Below, one piece after another: positions 56,225 to 60,054 of a stretch of 60,054 nucleotides of DNA. The number at the start of each line of letters is the position of its first letter. Within the stretch, counting starts at the first letter, position 1. The translations under genes were made by a program, and so were the position numbers. The notes below the pieces were generated by a model, which was not told the DNA's origin, searched no databases, and saw nothing but the letters and a program-made list of their open reading frames with translations. The stretch covers positions 1 to 60,054 of IMG/VR virus record IMGVR_UViG_3300032092_000031; one strand, 5' to 3'. Source of the stretch: a virus (lineage: Duplodnaviria; Caudoviricetes).

Positions 56225-59200
56225 TTATTTATTTAATTGTGATTTTAATTCGTTGATTATAGAGCGTTGCTCATTAAGCTGAACCTGCTGCTCTTTGATT
56301 GCATTTACTAGGGTGACGAAGATTCCCTCATTCTCTAAGCCTAAGTAGTCAGTATCTGCTCCTAGTCTTCTAACTAGGTCAGGCATTACATCCTTAACTT
56401 CCTGAGCGATGAAACCATACTTCAATCTAGCCTTAGTAACATCATCATTGTAGTAGAAGGTCTTAGGGTTTAATTGAAGCACTTCGTTTAATCCGTAGGT
56501 TAAAGGCTTGATAGTATTCTTAAGCCTATAGTCTGATGGGTTAGTATTGGTTAGGAAGCCTGCGTTTGAATACAATGCTCCTGTTCCAAGGTTGCCTGCG
56601 TAAAGTTGGCCAAATGCGCCTATACCATTTACATAGAACTTGGCTCCTTGAGTAGTTGATGTTGCGTTTACTAATACATCCCCCGAGCTGGTGATACGCA
56701 TACGTTCGGTTTGGTCAAAAACATTTGTAGCACTTGACCTAAAAATTATTCCAGAAAAACCTGATATGTTTACTTGGTTGCTTGAAAAATACAAACCAGC
56801 CGAGTCAGCTGCTGACCCATTATATATTTTATAAGTAGACCCAATTGATATATTGCCTTCAACAGTTAATTTATCAGAAGGAGCAGTAGTACCTATACCT
56901 ACGTTACCTCCTCTAATAAACGAGTCGCCACCTGCATTGAATAAAACGTTTTGTGTTCCGCTTGAATTGAATAAACTCAAACCTGCACCTTGCGTTCCAC
57001 TAAATTGCTCTATTGCCGCAATCGTAGTTCCATTTGAATGTTTTAAGTAATAACCTGTTGAAGCCGTTACACTACTTGAGAATGTAGCTGCTCCTGTAGA
57101 GGCTAAGAAACTTACAAAATTTACACTTTGCCCACCTGAGTCATCGGTAAGAGTTCTGATATTCCAAGTACCATTTGCAGGATAACCCCAAATGTTAAAG
57201 TTTCTAGAACCACTTGCCATTGCAGTATTAGTAAGTTCAAATTCAGCATTAGCTCCTGTACCGCTAATATGTAAAGCTCTCTTTGGGTCTGAAGTACCAA
57301 TTCCAACTAACCCCCCACCTGTGATACGCATTTTCTCACTTCCACCTGTTCTAAACATAAGAGGCCCATAAGAACTGGTTCCCCAATATGATACTTCTAT
57401 AGCTGCACCACCTGACCCTACATTATCTGTACTCATTTCTAAGGTAGCACCTGATGACCCCCATCCATTACCGATTGATAATCCACCATTAACTGTAAGT
57501 CTTGCACTTAAATTACTTGTAACCCCTATTCCTACATTACCACCAGAGGTAATTCGCATACGCTCTATGTTGCTAGTATATACTAAAAAGTTACTACTTG
57601 AACTTATGTATCCACCACTGCTATCTACGGCAAACTCGTTTGTGTAACTATTGTCGCTTGTTCCAAGTCTAACAATACCACCCTGAGAAGTAGAAGCACC
57701 ATTTATTTGTAGGTATCTATAGTTTTGATATGAGATTGGTGAACTTGTGCCTATACCTACGTTGCCGCCAGAGGTTATGCGCATACGTTCTGCACCTGCA
57801 ACACTTAATACTAAAGGTTTGCTATCATTGGTAAACAAATAAGCCGGAGCAGTTGTACCTGCATCAATATAAAAACCTGCTCTATCAGTATCTCCGTCTG
57901 CTAATAATAAACCTGCCGTTCCACTTGCGGTGTTTATTTTTAATGTTCTTGTAAACCCTGAAGCAGTAGTGCTACCTATACCTACGTTACCGCCACTTGT
58001 TATGCGCATACGCTCAGCTGGACTTGTAGAGGCATCTTGTGTAAAAAATCTCATTACAGATTTTCCGTTAGTTCCGTCCCAATTTCCTATTGAAACAATA
58101 TCAGTATATCTCGCAAAGTTTTCTGTTGAATAAGTCCAACTTCTAATTACTCCACCTTGACTTGCACCACTTGTACCATTAGCATAAGTTTGCATAGTTG
58201 AGGTTTCTACATCAATGCCAACTGTAAATTTATAGCCCGGTGTACTTGTACCGATGCCCACTAACCCACCCGAAGTTATGCGCATACGTTCGGTGACAGA
58301 ACCACCATTAACCCTTGTTCCAAATTTTAACGCACCTGCATAATCACCGCTTGTGCCATTTTCTTTTATACCTTGTATATAAGCAAAAGAATTAGCATAC
58401 GTTGATGAAGCATAATAACCACCAAAGGATATACCTCCACCAACACCAGCAGCAAAGCTTGACTTATCAATAAAATGTGCGGTTATAGAAGAATCTCCTT
58501 GAGCAACATTTGTACCAAAAACTGCTAATGGAAAGTCAGGTGCAGAATAACCAATCCCAACATTCCCCCCACTTGTTATGCGCATACGTTCGCTTCCGCT
58601 TGTTTCAAAAGCTTGGTAATTATACGTTGATGTAATTAATGGAGAACTATTCCAAGTTCTAATAATACCATTAGTTCCGTCATATCCAATTTGTAGTGAA
58701 CCTACACTTGTATTGCTTGGAACAGATATACTTGTACTTGTGATACCGCCTACTATATGTAGCTTATCTATTGGCGATGTAGTACCTATACCTACGTTAC
58801 CGCCAGATGTTATGCGCATTCTCTCGGTATAACTTTCCGCACCAATACCACCAGTTGCGGTATAAAAAGCTAATGTTGAACTTGTAGGGCTACCCACTGC
58901 ACCGCCACCATTATTATCAAATGCAAAACCTGCAAATCCACCAAGAGAACTATTTAGTAATAATTTAACTGCTGTTGATGCTGTTGATGTAGTTGTACCT
59001 ACTAATAATCTACCACTCGCATCTAACGTCATTGCTTGGGTAAAGGATATAGCGTTACCTGCCGTTCCTGAAGGAGCGTTTACCCAATAATGCGCACCTT
59101 CTACTTGTCTATATGCAGATGCAAATCCATTGTTTGTATAAATAAACCCACTACCATTAAAATAAGAATTTTGTTCTAAATGAAGTTGTGATGTTTGAAA

Positions 59201-60054
59201 GCTAAATAATGAACCTGCATTTAATTGTAATGCTCTTGCACTATTTGAAGTTGCCCACGCACTCGGTGTAACTCCTAATCCTAAATTGCCTGAAGCGGTT
59301 AGCAACATTTTTGATGTGCCATTAGTATAAAAGTTTATAGGCTTAGAACCTGCTCCATAAACATAATGCTCCGCAGAAGTGCCACCTAAATATAAAATAC
59401 CTGTTGAAGAATTTATTTGCAAATACTTTTCGCTTGTATTACTTGCTCCTATTGATACTACATTGTTACCATAATTTAATGTAGTTCCATCGTCAGTTAA
59501 TAAGCTATTACCTATTGTACTTGCACCTGTAAACTTAGGTAGGTAGTTTGTAGTACCACTGCCTGTAATTGAACCACTACCAATTGCTTGAGTAGACAAT
59601 AGTCCATTAGCATCAGCAACAACCATTCTTGTTCCTGTGCCTGCAAGGTTAGAGAATGTAGCTGCTCCTGTAGAGGCTATTGTTAAAGCCGTTGTATTAT
59701 TTGTTTTTATATTTAATGTATGCGAAGTACTTGTACCAAAATTCATTGATGTATTAGCATCATTATAGGTCATATCAGCAGAAACCGCACCACCTACTCT
59801 TTGCCAAGTTTCTATTGCTACACTTCCACTTGCAGTATATGAAGCAGCAAACCTACCCGTACCACTAACATCAAGTTTGTATGAGTTATTAGTGTTTCCT
59901 AAAGATAAATTTCCTGAAGCGTGTAACGTCATAGCATCTGTCCAAGTTAATGCATTGCCACCTGTTCCACTTGCAGTATTTCTAAATACCATTTTAGCAC
60001 CTTCAAAATATAGCATTGAGGCTGCTCCTGTATTAGTATATTTCCAACCTGACT
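56225..60054 (-). CDS. Giant tail fibre, C-terminal ~1275 aa with peptidase S74 intramolecular chaperone domain
   Basis: Frame stays open upstream of ATG 60016 to the window edge (SGWKYTNTGAASMLYF...); repeated E(R/K)MRITSGGNVGIGT; C-terminal SDYRLK...GFIAQEV...NAIKE. Confidence 0.9.
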   Translation of the reverse strand, partial: SGWKYTNTGAASMLYFEGAKMVFRNTASGTGGNALTWTDAMTLHASGNLSLGNTNNSYKLDVSGTGRFAASYTASGSVAIETWQRVGGAVSADMTYNDANTSMNFGTSTSHTLNIKTNNTTALTIASTGAATFSNLAGTGTRMVVADANGLLSTQAIGSGSITGSGTTNYLPKFTGASTIGNSLLTDDGTTLNYGNNVVSIGASNTSEKYLQINSSTGILYLGGTSAEHYVYGAGSKPINFYTNGTSKMLLTASGNLGLGVTPSAWATSNSARALQLNAGSLFSFQTSQLHLEQNSYFNGSGFIYTNNGFASAYRQVEGAHYWVNAPSGTAGNAISFTQAMTLDASGRLLVGTTTSTASTAVKLLLNSSLGGFAGFAFDNNGGGAVGSPTSSTLAFYTATGGIGAESYTERMRITSGGNVGIGTTSPIDKLHIVGGITSTSISVPSNTSVGSLQIGYDGTNGIIRTWNSSPLITSTYNYQAFETSGSERMRITSGGNVGIGYSAPDFPLAVFGTNVAQGDSSITAHFIDKSSFAAGVGGGISFGGYYASSTYANSFAYIQGIKENGTSGDYAGALKFGTRVNGGSVTERMRITSGGLVGIGTSTPGYKFTVGIDVETSTMQTYANGTSGASQGGVIRSWTYSTENFARYTDIVSIGNWDGTNGKSVMRFFTQDASTSPAERMRITSGGNVGIGSTTASGFTRTLKINTASGTAGLLLADGDTDRAGFYIDAGTTAPAYLFTNDSKPLVLSVAGAERMRITSGGNVGIGTSSPISYQNYRYLQINGASTSQGGIVRLGTSDNSYTNEFAVDSSGGYISSSSNFLVYTSNIERMRITSGGNVGIGVTSNLSARLTVNGGLSIGNGWGSSGATLEMSTDNVGSGGAAIEVSYWGTSSYGPLMFRTGGSEKMRITGGGLVGIGTSDPKRALHISGTGANAEFELTNTAMASGSRNFNIWGYPANGTWNIRTLTDDSGGQSVNFVSFLASTGAATFSSSVTASTGYYLKHSNGTTIAAIEQFSGTQGAGLSLFNSSGTQNVLFNAGGDSFIRGGNVGIGTTAPSDKLTVEGNISIGSTYKIYNGSAADSAGLYFSSNQVNISGFSGIIFRSSATNVFDQTERMRITSSGDVLVNATSTTQGAKFYVNGIGAFGQLYAGNLGTGALYSNAGFLTNTNPSDYRLKNTIKPLTYGLNEVLQLNPKTFYYNDDVTKARLKYGFIAQEVKDVMPDLVRRLGADTDYLGLENEGIFVTLVNAIKEQQVQLNEQRSIINELKSQLNK
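56691..58825 (-). repeat. Eight dispersed direct repeats encoding E(R/K)MRIT module junctions
   Basis: Copies start at 56691, 57321, 57549, 57774, 57999, 58275, 58575, 58809 (plus-strand consensus GTTATGCGCATACGTTC). Confidence 0.85.

Noticed and set aside
56691-58825. CRISPR-like array
   Set aside because: Repeats are degenerate, coding and spaced 225-630 nt apart; no cas genes
56225-60054. Diversity-generating retroelement or invertase shufflon acting on the fibre
   Set aside because: No reverse transcriptase or recombinase ORF recognised; repeats are direct, in-frame and show no adenine-specific mismatch pattern
1-60054. Stop-codon reassignment as in some crAss-like phages
   Set aside because: Long genes are intact in code 11, and TAA, TAG and TGA all end real genes
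1-60054. Prophage/integration module
   Set aside because: No integrase, repressor cassette or host genes seen; the ends join as a circular permutation

Overview
Near-complete, circularly permuted genome of an AT-rich tailed phage. The host is most likely Bacteroidota: the TAnnTTTG -7 promoter element sits in most intergenic gaps, and start codons have A-rich, SD-less leaders. There are two divergent arms. The minus-strand arm (~32.6 kb to base 1, continuing from 60054 to ~53.7 kb) carries terminase, portal, scaffold, major capsid, three ring/adaptor-like proteins, a muzzle/stabilisation protein, ejection/cargo proteins (one with an LPD38-like C-terminus), a giant modular tail fibre split across the window ends, a GH19 endolysin and holin/spanin-like genes. 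The plus-strand arm (33.6-53.6 kb) carries many small ORFs, an M28-like peptidase, a C5-cytosine methyltransferase, a PAPS-reductase-family protein, a DnaA domain IV-like protein, dNMP kinase, Rad52-like annealase, exonuclease, SSB, primase-helicase, NinG-like and other nucleases, and a metallophosphoesterase. I recognised no DNA/RNA polymerase, integrase, reverse transcriptase or CRISPR array. The most unusual signals are non-coding: (1) a ~500-nt multi-stem, pseudoknotted RNA behind the first early gene; (2) a promoter / kissing-loop attenuator / second structured RNA unit at 41.8-42.2 kb; (3) a tRNA mimic with a 4-nt anticodon loop; (4) a late-mRNA 3' UTR exactly antisense to the ssb start site; (5) a repeated 14-bp operator palindrome; (6) DNA-level conserved, palindromic junctions between variable tail-fibre modules. 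Together these suggest an RNA-heavy regulatory layer and recombinational tail-fibre shuffling (inference). Protein calls come from motif recognition by eye, not database searches.
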